A DNA stretch of 64,000 bases, taken from the UHGV virus genome UHGV-1375844. One strand, given 5' to 3'. Positions 46,205-55,273 of this stretch are shown in pieces. The position numbers were made by a program, and so were the translations under genes. How positions within the stretch are numbered: the first letter of the stretch is position 1; each line of letters begins with the position of its first letter. Below the pieces are notes generated by a model. It saw only the letters and a list, made by a program, of their open reading frames with translations. It searched no databases and was not told the DNA's origin. The DNA is from a virus.

Positions 46205-46229
46205 AAGGGTGGGCGTATAGCCCACCCTT
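46205..46229 (-). terminator. Rho-independent terminator / attenuator after the major capsid gene
   Basis: aagggtgggc-tata-gcccaccctt hairpin followed by TTTTTG on the minus strand. Confidence 0.6.
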
Positions 46230-46233
46230 AACA

Positions 46234-46253
46234 GTAGATAACTACTTACCTAC
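46234..46253. repeat. Intergenic palindrome family, copy
   Basis: gtagataactacttacctac. Confidence 0.5.
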
Positions 46254-46261
46254 TACACTGA

Positions 46262-47143
46262 TCAAATTTTGACGTTTTTCAGTGCCGCGATAGCTTTATC
46301 GTGCTTATTCGCCAGCGAGCAGTACCATTTAACACGGGTACGAACTGCGTCTTTGTTCTGAACAGTGCCGATATTTTCCACAACGATACCGGCATTCTCG
46401 CCACCGTACAGGCCAGTCACACCGTTTTCTTCAGACAGATGCAGACAGTAAATGTCAGCCGCATCATTCTCTTCAGTTTTAGGAATGAAGTCGTTGATGA
46501 TGAACGGAATACCGTTGTGGCACAGCATCGGGCGACCGAAGTTTTCCAGCATAATTTCGGACGGACCGACATTTACGGTACGCAGCAGTGCTCGGTATGC
46601 ACGCAGGTGCTCAGAACGCATCATGATGCAGTCAGCGCCCAGATCCTTCACTGCGTCGACCAGCTCATCGAACATAGAGAAGGTCATGGAAGCCTTCGCA
46701 ATGTCAATTTTCTGATCGTCGTGCATCAGCTTAGGAATGCCGTCGAACGCTTTGGTGTTCTCGGTAGAGTTACCAAGAATCAGGTTACGACGGAAAGCAC
46801 GCGCCAGGCCTTTTACCTTCTGACGAACCTGAATTGCGAGCTGGCTGTTGGTGTCAGACATAGTGGTCGCCAGGAATTTGTCGACGTCTACGTCGCCTGC
46901 CAGAATACGCAGCTTCGCCACATGCTCGGTGAAGGTTGCCGCGCCTTCGGAGATGGTGTCGTTCACATCAATGAAGGTCGCTTCGCTCAGGGTAGCTTCA
47001 CGGTTGTAAAGGTACGCTTTGGAGTCGATCTTCATGAACGGCAGAATGGCGAACAGATCATCGCGGTCAATAATAGTTTCGATCACGCCCTGTTCGAGTT
47101 CGTTGTTAGACAGCTTTTCAGCTTCTTCACGCAGTAATGGCAT
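46262..47143 (-). CDS. Major capsid protein (lambda E-like by position and local similarity)
   Basis: 293 aa between scaffold and decoration genes; GLYGGENAGIVVENIGTVQNKD resembles lambda gpE GMYGDVAIVVYSGQYVENGVKK; followed by an attenuator. Confidence 0.65.
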   Translation of the reverse strand: MPLLREEAEKLSNNELEQGVIETIIDRDDLFAILPFMKIDSKAYLYNREATLSEATFIDVNDTISEGAATFTEHVAKLRILAGDVDVDKFLATTMSDTNSQLAIQVRQKVKGLARAFRRNLILGNSTENTKAFDGIPKLMHDDQKIDIAKASMTFSMFDELVDAVKDLGADCIMMRSEHLRAYRALLRTVNVGPSEIMLENFGRPMLCHNGIPFIINDFIPKTEENDAADIYCLHLSEENGVTGLYGGENAGIVVENIGTVQNKDAVRTRVKWYCSLANKHDKAIAALKNVKI

Positions 47144-47168
47144 CTTTCATTTCCCTATGATTAAGATG

Positions 47169-48065
47169 TTACTTGAGTCCGATTTTCCCCAGACCGGAAG
47201 TCAACTTATCCATTGTCGACCTGTTCTTCGGCTGGTTAACTTTATGGGTCGGTTTGCTGTTTGAACCGGCACCCTGCTTGGCTTCGCTGCGCATCAATGC
47301 GTCAGCCTCCGGATCAGCACGCAGAATGCGCTCAATCGCGGATTCGAACGGTAACGGCTTACCTTCGCCGTCAACCAGAACTGCACGTTCCTTCTGACCG
47401 GCCGGCTTGTCATAGCCAACAACGCTACCGTCTTCACCCACTTCAAAATGAGAGCCGTAGATAACGCGTGCTTTTGCCGGTGTCATCAGAACCTTTTCAC
47501 GCAGGAAGGTAGAGCCGCTGAATGACGCGCCGACAGTCATTTCGACCAGCTGGGCTTTTAAGGCGGCGTTTTCACTCTCCAAAGCGGAGAATCGTTCGTC
47601 ACGCTGTGCCAGCTCATGCTGATGCGCTTCGATCATCTGCTTTTTGACAGCGTCGAACTCGCCTCGGCGTTCCAGTTCAGCTTGCTCCGCCTCACGGCGT
47701 GCATTTTCTGCGGCTTGTTCAGCTTCCAGAAGCTGACGAGCACGCGCCGGGTCAATGTCACCGTACTGAGCAAGCTGATCGGATAAAGAGCGCTCTTTTT
47801 CCTTGCGCTTCATATTCTCTTTCAGCAGGTCAGCGCCAGCTTTCTTAGACTTACGCAGTTCGGCCAGCAACTCTTCAGGAGTCAAACCAGCTAAATCGTC
47901 GTCTTCACCCTTCGGCTGCTCTTTTTGCTCACCCTGTTTGCCTGGGTCTTGAGTACCCTGCTCGTTATCACCAGCAGGAGCACCAGCACCTGCGCCGCCA
48001 CGCTCATGCGATTCGGCTACATCCATCAGGCCACGACGGGCCATAAGCATTTGCCACAGATTCAT
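47169..48065 (-). CDS. Scaffolding protein (possibly with protease function)
   Basis: 298 aa; highly charged coiled-coil core (EQAAENARREAEQAELERRG...); between portal and capsid. Confidence 0.6.
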   Translation of the reverse strand: MNLWQMLMARRGLMDVAESHERGGAGAGAPAGDNEQGTQDPGKQGEQKEQPKGEDDDLAGLTPEELLAELRKSKKAGADLLKENMKRKEKERSLSDQLAQYGDIDPARARQLLEAEQAAENARREAEQAELERRGEFDAVKKQMIEAHQHELAQRDERFSALESENAALKAQLVEMTVGASFSGSTFLREKVLMTPAKARVIYGSHFEVGEDGSVVGYDKPAGQKERAVLVDGEGKPLPFESAIERILRADPEADALMRSEAKQGAGSNSKPTHKVNQPKNRSTMDKLTSGLGKIGLK

Positions 48066-48086
48066 AGAAATTCCTTTTGTTACTTA

Positions 48087-49661
48087 TCACTCGGTCTCTT
48101 GAGTAGATGAGTCCCCATTCCCTCGGGGTTGATCTTGCCCGCTCTCTTGGGCTGCATCTCGATCATAAGTAAGTACTGACTTATTTTCAAGGGTGTTTAG
48201 ATCATTTTTTAGAGGAAATTTCAAGAGGTCTTTATCAAATTCCTTTTTCATCGCTTCGGAAATGTTAGGGAAGACTTTCTCGATAAGCATTTCCATCTGG
48301 TGCCGACGAACAGAATCTGGCGCCTGCAGCAATGCGAGTTTCTCAGCAACAGCAAATTCGTCAGTCAGCCCGCGAATATCGAAACTCTCCGGGTAAGCAA
48401 TTAAAGAGTGGTCTTCGTCCAGTTCGACACCCATCCACTTCGCGGCCAGCATCATCATTTGGCGCTCGGCTCTTTCGAGACGTTCAGCCTTTGTCACCAG
48501 CAGACTGTTAACTCTCTGGAAGTCGTACATTTTGGCTGCGCCTGATGAGTTATCGATACCCTGCGCGTTATCCTGCTTGGTTCGCTCTCCTGCAACACCA
48601 ACGGAGTGGTAGATCTCATTAATCACGGTCTTAATCGTGGTAATGATCATCTGCGCTTGTTTTGGGTCAGGCGAAAGGTAAAACGGCTGGTTCCCGCCCT
48701 CGGAATCGTAGGTGAAAACACGCTTCGTCCCCATCTCCAGCACCTTGTCGTGATTTTCATCGCCCGGCAGTAGAGACTGAACAGGGATAGCAAGCTGGCT
48801 AAATGTCTGATCCTGAATGATGGCGTCCAGGTTCGAGAGATAGTTAGCGACGGCCCGATCGAGATAGGCAATATCATCAATGAGTGACGGGCTGAAATAA
48901 GGTGATTCACTTTCCCCGATGCAATCTACCGGGAATACCGGTACCGCGCCCAACTTGTGCTCACCGTAGTCCTCCAGCACGACTTTTGCCTGCCTGCGAC
49001 CTGCGCCACCGGAACTCTTTTTCACCTCTTCACGGAAGAGATACCATTCATTTTGTGTCCATAGACGATAACGCTGGTATTCCTGACCAGTTGAGGTGAA
49101 AGGGTCCGTATCGTCACGCGCAATTTCTACGATCAGCGCCCACAGCATATTGCCATCTTCGTCCCAGGCCACATCAAGCAGCTGCTGCGGCGAAATCCAG
49201 TAGGCATAGGCTCGCGCCCCCTTCTGTTTCTCGTCAGCAACGGACTCAACGTCACCGTTCATTGTGCTATCGACCACAACCCAGATGCGGCCGTAAATAG
49301 ACGACTGAAGATCGATTGCCGCCATGAACGCATCAATGGAAGCATTCTGCCGTGTGGCTCGTTTCCAGAAATTGCGGATCTGCTCGGGCGCCTCTTCGAT
49401 ATTGCGATGAATATCCTCTTTGAAGAGATATTTGTTGATCAGGTTTACCACTTCGCGAGTGTGGTTAAAGCGATACGCTCGCTCAAGGCGCTCCTTGAAC
49501 TCCTGATCACCCTCTTTGAAGTAACGAAAGATATTTTCGCTGAACCAGGCTCGCCCGCCAGCGTAAGTGCTGGCGAGAAAATCCCAATGTTCTTTTTTCT
49601 TCTCATATTCGGGGTGGCGCCGGGCCACCAGATCTTTGATTTGCTTATCAGTCAATTCCAT
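48087..49661 (-). CDS. Portal protein
   Basis: 524 aa directly downstream of the large terminase; AGGAG RBS; a palindrome copy (48165-48184) lies inside its 3' end. Confidence 0.7.
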   Translation of the reverse strand: MELTDKQIKDLVARRHPEYEKKKEHWDFLASTYAGGRAWFSENIFRYFKEGDQEFKERLERAYRFNHTREVVNLINKYLFKEDIHRNIEEAPEQIRNFWKRATRQNASIDAFMAAIDLQSSIYGRIWVVVDSTMNGDVESVADEKQKGARAYAYWISPQQLLDVAWDEDGNMLWALIVEIARDDTDPFTSTGQEYQRYRLWTQNEWYLFREEVKKSSGGAGRRQAKVVLEDYGEHKLGAVPVFPVDCIGESESPYFSPSLIDDIAYLDRAVANYLSNLDAIIQDQTFSQLAIPVQSLLPGDENHDKVLEMGTKRVFTYDSEGGNQPFYLSPDPKQAQMIITTIKTVINEIYHSVGVAGERTKQDNAQGIDNSSGAAKMYDFQRVNSLLVTKAERLERAERQMMMLAAKWMGVELDEDHSLIAYPESFDIRGLTDEFAVAEKLALLQAPDSVRRHQMEMLIEKVFPNISEAMKKEFDKDLLKFPLKNDLNTLENKSVLTYDRDAAQESGQDQPRGNGDSSTQETE

Positions 49662-49677
49662 TTGCTTTACTCTCCTG

Positions 49678-49697
49678 ATAGGTAAGCACTTACTTAT
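49678..49697. repeat. Intergenic palindrome family, copy
   Basis: ataggtaagcacttacttat between terL and portal. Confidence 0.6.
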
Positions 49698-50956
49698 CTT
49701 GATCCGCCAAGAATAACACGATTTTTAACCGGATACCTACGATGAACTGGATAACCTAATGCATCCGCGCTGTGCTCAATGCCACCACTCTTATCCATAT
49801 CCCGTGAGCCAGGTTTATAAATTACTTTTTCAAGCGAATCGATAAGGTGTTTGCATTTCGGGTCGATATAAAGCCGCGTTTCGCCAGATGCGCTTAACAG
49901 CATACGGTTTACGGCATTCACACGATCCGCTATTGGCGGGTGCTTCTTCGGAAAATCAACCCGTAGAAAACCCTTTTCCTTAAAAATGTCTACGTCTGAC
50001 TCACCACGAGCGTGCTGACGATACGCGCCGGCAGGGTCGGGGAAAATGGTCACATGTGATTTCCATCGCCAGTAACGGCGCTCCAGCTCATCACACACTT
50101 CTGCCGTGTTGGATGAGAAAAGCACCAACTCGTCAACCGCCCACAACTCGCCATTTGGCTGTGGCTGGAGAATGACAGAAGACATCGGATCGATGTTGAA
50201 GTCCTGACCAACCCAGATCGGCAGCTTTGGATTGAACTGCAACGGCTTCACATGCACGCTTCGGTCGAAAGGATAGTAAACACGACCGGACATGTTTTCG
50301 AAGCTGGCCAGGTACTCCTGAGCGAACGACTTAGGGTCCATATCATTCTTCGCGGCTTCGATTTCAGCGGTCGGAACAAACGGAGAGTCAGCAGTAACAA
50401 ACTGCCAGCTCTTCCACTGGCCTTTACGCTGTAGCTCTTTGTTCTGGCCGATCGTCCACAGCTTATGGAACTCAGAGAAGCCTTTCGGCGTACCGATGAT
50501 CAGCGCCCCGCCCCGGGTGGATGACAACGTCGGTCGAAGAACCTTATACCAGGTGTCCGGCTTCATATCCTGAAACTCGTCGAGTACCACGAAGTGAAGC
50601 GCAACACCACGGAGCGTATCGGGCTTATCGGCGCCTTTGAGCGCGATCTCAGAGCCGTTCTTCAGCACGATTGTCATCGTGGTATCGTTTTTCTTACGAA
50701 TCCATTTCCGGGGTAAAACTTCCTGCAGGTCATCCCACAAAATCTGGCGTGCCATCTGATAAGTCGGCGCGACATACCAGACACGTTGTTTTTTCTCTTT
50801 GGCCGCGGCTCGGATAATGGTGGAAATCGACAACCGGGATTTACCCCAGCGTCGACCCGCACATACCACCTTGAATCGATGTGGCGACTGGAAGACTTTC
50901 ATCTGTCCAGAATGCAGCTGTACGAGACTCAGAGACGACGGGATGCTCATAATCAA
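49694..50956 (-). CDS. terL: Terminase large subunit
   Basis: Walker A VVCAGRRWGKS, Walker B-like VVLDEFQDM; 420 aa; overlaps terS by 4 nt. Confidence 0.8.
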   Translation of the reverse strand: MIMSIPSSLSLVQLHSGQMKVFQSPHRFKVVCAGRRWGKSRLSISTIIRAAAKEKKQRVWYVAPTYQMARQILWDDLQEVLPRKWIRKKNDTTMTIVLKNGSEIALKGADKPDTLRGVALHFVVLDEFQDMKPDTWYKVLRPTLSSTRGGALIIGTPKGFSEFHKLWTIGQNKELQRKGQWKSWQFVTADSPFVPTAEIEAAKNDMDPKSFAQEYLASFENMSGRVYYPFDRSVHVKPLQFNPKLPIWVGQDFNIDPMSSVILQPQPNGELWAVDELVLFSSNTAEVCDELERRYWRWKSHVTIFPDPAGAYRQHARGESDVDIFKEKGFLRVDFPKKHPPIADRVNAVNRMLLSASGETRLYIDPKCKHLIDSLEKVIYKPGSRDMDKSGGIEHSADALGYPVHRRYPVKNRVILGGSR

Positions 50957-51594
50957 ACACTCCCATCACTTTCATCGTCCGACGCGTCAGAATCGATTTC
51001 AGCTTCGCTCAGCGCTTCCTCTTCCAGCGACTCAAGCAGTTCATCATCGATCAACTCAGGCTCATCGTCTTCCTTACGCAGCTGCGCAACCTGTGAAGGT
51101 GTAAGTTCGCCAAACACCAGGTTCGGAATTTCATCTTCCTCATTTTCGGCGCGATCCATGCCGAGCGCTTTCGAAGAGATTTCGAAGCACTTGGCCAGTG
51201 TGCCGCTGGCTCGCTGGAGACTTTTAAGGTCATCTTCTATAGCTGCGAGAGGTCTGCCATCCTTTTTGGCAGTGGCAACTTCGTGCATGACCATGCGCCC
51301 GAGTGCAAACGCCCAATCGTCGTAGCGAGTACGCCGCTCTTCAATTTTGTCTGCTCTCGCTTTGGCACGAAGCTCCGCATCGGATTTGAGCGATTCGCGA
51401 ACCATCTTTCCAACAGAGTCAGCGCCCTTCTCTAATCCACGCTTTTTGAAATGTCTGGAGAGCGTTTCACGACGAATGCCGTACTCTTCCTCCAGTTTTG
51501 AGAGCGTATACTCGCCTGAAGTCCACTTCGCTTCGGCTTCTGCCCACTCAGCTGGCGTCAGGCGAGTTTTGGTCTCGTCTTTTTCTACCGTCAT
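50953..51594 (-). CDS. terS: Terminase small subunit
   Basis: 213 aa; N-terminal HTH-like segment, acidic C-terminus; immediately upstream of terL. Confidence 0.6.
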   Translation of the reverse strand: MTVEKDETKTRLTPAEWAEAEAKWTSGEYTLSKLEEEYGIRRETLSRHFKKRGLEKGADSVGKMVRESLKSDAELRAKARADKIEERRTRYDDWAFALGRMVMHEVATAKKDGRPLAAIEDDLKSLQRASGTLAKCFEISSKALGMDRAENEEDEIPNLVFGELTPSQVAQLRKEDDEPELIDDELLESLEEEALSEAEIDSDASDDESDGSV

Positions 51595-51634
51595 AGATCC
51601 CTCTAAAACACGCAGAGCGCATCCTTGCGCCCTC

Positions 51635-51682
51635 TAAACAATTTGTTTAAATCTCTGTCTAACCAATTTGTTTTCTGGGTGG
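51635..51682 (-). promoter_or_regulatory. Conserved promoter-proximal near-palindrome, copies 4 and 5 (tandem), upstream of terS
   Basis: taaacaatttgtttaaatc (51635-51653) and accaatttgttttctgggtgg (51662-51682). Confidence 0.45.
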
Positions 51683-51707
51683 TTTATCAAAACTTGAGAG
51701 TTGCAGA

Positions 51708-51765
51708 ACCTGCTTCCGTATATAATTAATAAGTGACTTAATATTTATTTATACGGAAGCAGGCT
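51708..51765. repeat. Long palindrome B (same family as 17650-17706)
   Basis: cctgcttccgtatata - AT-rich centre - tatacggaagcagg, perfect arms. Confidence 0.65.
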
Positions 51766-51788
51766 CCACATCTGACTCCCAGACCTGC

Positions 51789-52055
51789 TTACATCACCAG
51801 TAACTTGGCCCTTGCTCGACCCAATGCAGTCAGCCCCAGCGTGCGGCGGTGATAGCCTGAATCCCCGCGCTGCCGACACATTCCCTTCTCCACCAGCCCC
51901 TTTTTCACCAGTGCGCGGATAGAGAACTGCATACTCTGCTTGGTCGTTTTGTACGGCAGGACTTCAAGCAGCTCGTCCAGATCAAGCAGATTCCCTCGCT
52001 CGTGCCCTAAATTGATGGTTTTAATGATGTCTTTCTGTTTGTCGGTCAAAGTCAT
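51789..52055 (-). CDS. Putative winged-helix DNA-binding protein (88 aa)
   Basis: Basic C-terminal half; last gene of the ParB-ATPase-GNAT operon. Confidence 0.4.
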   Translation of the reverse strand: MTLTDKQKDIIKTINLGHERGNLLDLDELLEVLPYKTTKQSMQFSIRALVKKGLVEKGMCRQRGDSGYHRRTLGLTALGRARAKLLVM

Positions 52056-52064
52056 GGCAAATCC

Positions 52065-52964
52065 TTATGCCGGTAAAGCAATTTCAAGTGGTTTATCCAA
52101 AGGCTGTTTGTCGAACGCCAGCAGCGGCAGAGTTTCTGGCAACGAGCGACCAAAATCCGGGTTGCGGTACACCCCATATAACGGTGAGGTGAAGCTCAGG
52201 TTATGAATATCTTTGAGTAGCTTCACGATGCTGGCTTCATCCACCAGGCTGTCGGCAATATCCTGAATGGTAGTGCCTCGGTTACGCCCGGCTTTGGCCA
52301 GTGAACTGTTCTTGTGGTAGTCGGCAACCAGATCACGCAGCGCACGACGACGGCGAGATTCGCTCATGGCGAACAGCTCTTTGACGATCGCTTCGTTGTC
52401 GCCAGGGTCGGAACGAAAATGACGCTGGAAGACGCGCAGCGCACTCTCATAGCTCTTCGGACGCTCCGGACGGATGAACTGGAACCCTGCTTTCATGGCG
52501 AACGGGTTGTATTTGCTCATCGATGACTGGATCTCGATGATTGGCCGGTCATGCATCCTGCTAACCAGGTTAATCATTCGATAGGAGACGCCGACACCGC
52601 GATACTGCGTATCCACTACAGAACGGCTGATCACTGCAAAGTTATTGTTCACGTACCGGCCCCAATACTGGTTGGCCACAGTGGTATTGGTCGTTGGCTT
52701 CAGCTTAGGAAACATGCGATGGCGAGGTGCCAGTAGAAGTTTCGGATAGGCCATGACCACGACGCCCACCAGCCGGCCGTCCAGCTCGCAGCGATAATAC
52801 GTGGGCGCGAACGGTTTACCGTCCGTCTTGTAGTGCAGCGACTTCAGCGCGTGCCAGTCTTCAACAGTGCCTTTGGATACGGTCATTCGTTCCAGAAAGT
52901 CCAGATGCCGCGGGAACTCTTCCGGACGGTAGCGTTTGATGATGATGTCTGCCATGTCGATCAC
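52065..52964 (-). CDS. GNAT-fold acyltransferase-like protein (299 aa)
   Basis: VVDTQYRGVGVSYRMINLV matches GNAT motif A (R-x-x-G-x-G/S); SKYNPFAMKAGFQF matches motif B. Confidence 0.5.
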   Translation of the reverse strand: MIDMADIIIKRYRPEEFPRHLDFLERMTVSKGTVEDWHALKSLHYKTDGKPFAPTYYRCELDGRLVGVVVMAYPKLLLAPRHRMFPKLKPTTNTTVANQYWGRYVNNNFAVISRSVVDTQYRGVGVSYRMINLVSRMHDRPIIEIQSSMSKYNPFAMKAGFQFIRPERPKSYESALRVFQRHFRSDPGDNEAIVKELFAMSESRRRRALRDLVADYHKNSSLAKAGRNRGTTIQDIADSLVDEASIVKLLKDIHNLSFTSPLYGVYRNPDFGRSLPETLPLLAFDKQPLDKPLEIALPA

Positions 52965-53215
52965 CTGCGCTCGATATTGGCATTAATGAAATCCAGGCGA
53001 AGAGATTCCATCGCTCCCACCATGACATACGGGCGCCCGCCGTTATGCCAGCAATCAAGAACACTGCCGTCATTGTTGATCATCAGCAGCGCCAGGCTCT
53101 GGCTTTTGCCTTCTCTGGCGTACTGAAGTGCTTCTTCCAGCAGGCGGATGACTTCAACGTTATTGTTGTCAGCCTCTTTCGATGGCTTCAGCTCTACGAT
53201 CTTCAAATCAGGCAT
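52961..53215 (-). CDS. Hypothetical protein (84 aa)
   Basis: ORF track; start/stop overlaps with both neighbours. Confidence 0.4.
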   Translation of the reverse strand: MPDLKIVELKPSKEADNNNVEVIRLLEEALQYAREGKSQSLALLMINNDGSVLDCWHNGGRPYVMVGAMESLRLDFINANIERR

Positions 53216-53846
53216 ATTCCACCTTCACGCGTTCTTTGTAGTGCTTGGTGATCTGCATATCCGGCCGCAGGGCGTTCTTCAGATCTTCGTGTGTCGTCGC
53301 CACCATTACCGTCGCGCCAACCTTACGAGCGGCACGCTGGAGGTTCGACGCAACAACCTGAGCGGTTACACGGTCGAGTACGGCACCAAATTCGTCGGCC
53401 GCCCACACTTTCGCGCCGGACTCGATTAGCTTGGCGATTTTGAGACGGTATTTCTGGCCGTCAGACATTTCGGATGGCTTGCGCACAAAGAGATAGGCGT
53501 CATTCAATCCGGCCATAGACAACAGCCCCAGCGCTTCGCTGGTGGTTTTGCCCAGCTGGTCGATGACGTTAACCTCATTGTCGAAAGCAAAATCATCGAT
53601 TGAGGCCACAGAAAGACCTTCATCCTTCATCTGGCGTTGCAGCTCGCGCAGCACAACGGATTTGCCTGAACCGGATTGTCCGGTGATGTACACAACATCA
53701 CCCTGCTTCACTTCCAGCTCCAGATTGTCGTAAAGCGTCCACTCTTTTTCGTCCAGACCAAGACCGAACGATTCGGCAATTTCCAGCGTTCGCGTGGTTT
53801 TGTTCACGCGGGTCTGGAACGACACGTTGATGGTGTACTTACTCAT
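53208..53846 (-). CDS. ABC-type ATPase (stand-alone nucleotide-binding domain, 212 aa)
   Basis: Walker A GQSGSGKS, signature-like MSDGQKYR, Walker B VWAADEFGA, H-loop-like VATTHEDL. Confidence 0.65.
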   Translation of the reverse strand: MSKYTINVSFQTRVNKTTRTLEIAESFGLGLDEKEWTLYDNLELEVKQGDVVYITGQSGSGKSVVLRELQRQMKDEGLSVASIDDFAFDNEVNVIDQLGKTTSEALGLLSMAGLNDAYLFVRKPSEMSDGQKYRLKIAKLIESGAKVWAADEFGAVLDRVTAQVVASNLQRAARKVGATVMVATTHEDLKNALRPDMQITKHYKERVKVEYA

Positions 53847-54511
53847 GCAGCCAGCTCCCCGGAGGACACTTTCTCCGCATACGCCACGAAAGCGTTCACC
53901 CCGCGCTCTCCCGTGATTTCTTCCATGTGGGCGAGCAAATCCCCAACCACAATGGCAGAGCCAGCAGGAAGCGTTTTAAAGCCCAATACGTCGATGACAC
54001 GGACTTCTTCAGCGGCCACTTCGCGACTGATCTCGGTGTGCTCTTCTTTCTGGCGTTCCGTCTCTTCGCCCAGATCGAGCACCAGAGAGCCGGTTTCCAT
54101 CTCTTCGGTCATGCTGCCGACAAGCACATTCAGTTCACGCTCTTCAAAACCGAAGACCTCGACGTCGCCCAGCACCAGGGATTCCAGTTCCTGCTGCAAT
54201 TTGATGGCGTCGTAATCGATACTGGCAAGGCGGTTGTCTTCCAGACGCTTCGCCTTCACCTCTTCTTCATTCAGATCGTCGCGAACAATGACCGGCACAC
54301 GCTCCAGACCAGCCAGAAGCGCCGCCTCGCGACGACCATGACCAGTAATGATGACGCCGTTCTTGTCGATCGTGATCGGCTGGTCAAAACCGCGCTTTTT
54401 GATGGCGGCAGCCAGATCGCGGATCTGCTGTTCATCATGTTTTTTGGCGTTCATCTCATACGGGATGAGTTCAGCCGGGTTTCGATAGACGATTTCAAAG
54501 TTCTTGGTCAT
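53843..54511 (-). CDS. ParB/Srx-like N-terminal domain protein 2
   Basis: Start at ATG 54511 overlapping the upstream stop (TAATG); GVIITGHGRREAALLAG resembles the ParB arginine-patch motif; acidic C-terminus. Confidence 0.6.
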   Translation of the reverse strand: MTKNFEIVYRNPAELIPYEMNAKKHDEQQIRDLAAAIKKRGFDQPITIDKNGVIITGHGRREAALLAGLERVPVIVRDDLNEEEVKAKRLEDNRLASIDYDAIKLQQELESLVLGDVEVFGFEERELNVLVGSMTEEMETGSLVLDLGEETERQKEEHTEISREVAAEEVRVIDVLGFKTLPAGSAIVVGDLLAHMEEITGERGVNAFVAYAEKVSSGELAA

Positions 54512-55209
54512 TACATACGCTCCTTGTAGTAGTCGACCAGCCACACCAGGGCTTCCCCGGCGTTCTCCATTTCGTTACCGGTGTTGATCCCCTGCTCTTT
54601 GATGATGGTTTTGATGGTGTCGGCGACGCGATCTGACGCATCAAACGTCACTTTGAAGCGCATCGTCTGGTGTTCTGCGCCAACACGCTCCGTTTTCTCG
54701 CGGCGATCGTCGTCAGCTGGCTCATCATCGCCGCGGGAAAGCGCTTCCAGCGCTTCGAGATCAATGGCAGAGGCTTTGGCAAGGGTGGCCGCCATTTCAT
54801 CGTCATAGGGGGCAATATCGGAAAGCCGGTAGTCGATTTCAGACTGGATTTCTTCGATCAGTCGCTGCAAAGCGATCTGATCGTCTTCGCCGTAACGTTC
54901 GTTATCGACAAGTGACATCTGCTTGGCCACCAGGTCGTTGATTTTGCCAACCGAGATGACAGGAACAGTCGAAATTCCCTGCTCTATCGCAGCCCGCCAG
55001 CGATGTTCGCCGCCGAGGATCTGGAAAGTGCCACCGTCCAGCTCACGGGCCAAAATTGGCTTAAAAAAGCCCAGCTTCTCGATAGAACCTTTCAGTTTTT
55101 CGAAGTTTTGCGCCCCCACCGAGTTGGTGTTCCAGGGATTCGGACACAGTTTCGCAACTTCAACCTGCAAAATCGTAATTTTCACATCCATTTTCTTGAT
55201 ACAATCCAT
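54511..55209 (-). CDS. ParB/Srx-like N-terminal domain protein 1
   Basis: FQILGGEHRWRAAIEQG ParB-box-like motif; acidic C-terminus; palindrome copy immediately upstream of the ATG in place of a classical SD. Confidence 0.6.
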   Translation of the reverse strand: MDCIKKMDVKITILQVEVAKLCPNPWNTNSVGAQNFEKLKGSIEKLGFFKPILARELDGGTFQILGGEHRWRAAIEQGISTVPVISVGKINDLVAKQMSLVDNERYGEDDQIALQRLIEEIQSEIDYRLSDIAPYDDEMAATLAKASAIDLEALEALSRGDDEPADDDRREKTERVGAEHQTMRFKVTFDASDRVADTIKTIIKEQGINTGNEMENAGEALVWLVDYYKERM

Positions 55210-55212
55210 TGT

Positions 55213-55229
55213 ATAAGTACTTACTTATT
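55213..55229. repeat. Intergenic palindrome family, copy, in the divergent region between the ParB operon and the helicase
   Basis: tataagtacttacttat. Confidence 0.6.
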
Positions 55230-55273
55230 ATAATAGCCAATTAACACACAAAAGGCACGAAGGAAAGAGGTTT

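Noticed and set aside
48165-48184. Palindrome copy inside the portal ORF as evidence of a frameshift or mis-called portal C-terminus
   Set aside because: The portal frame reads through cleanly to a stop at 48087; the palindrome simply encodes ENKSVLTYD
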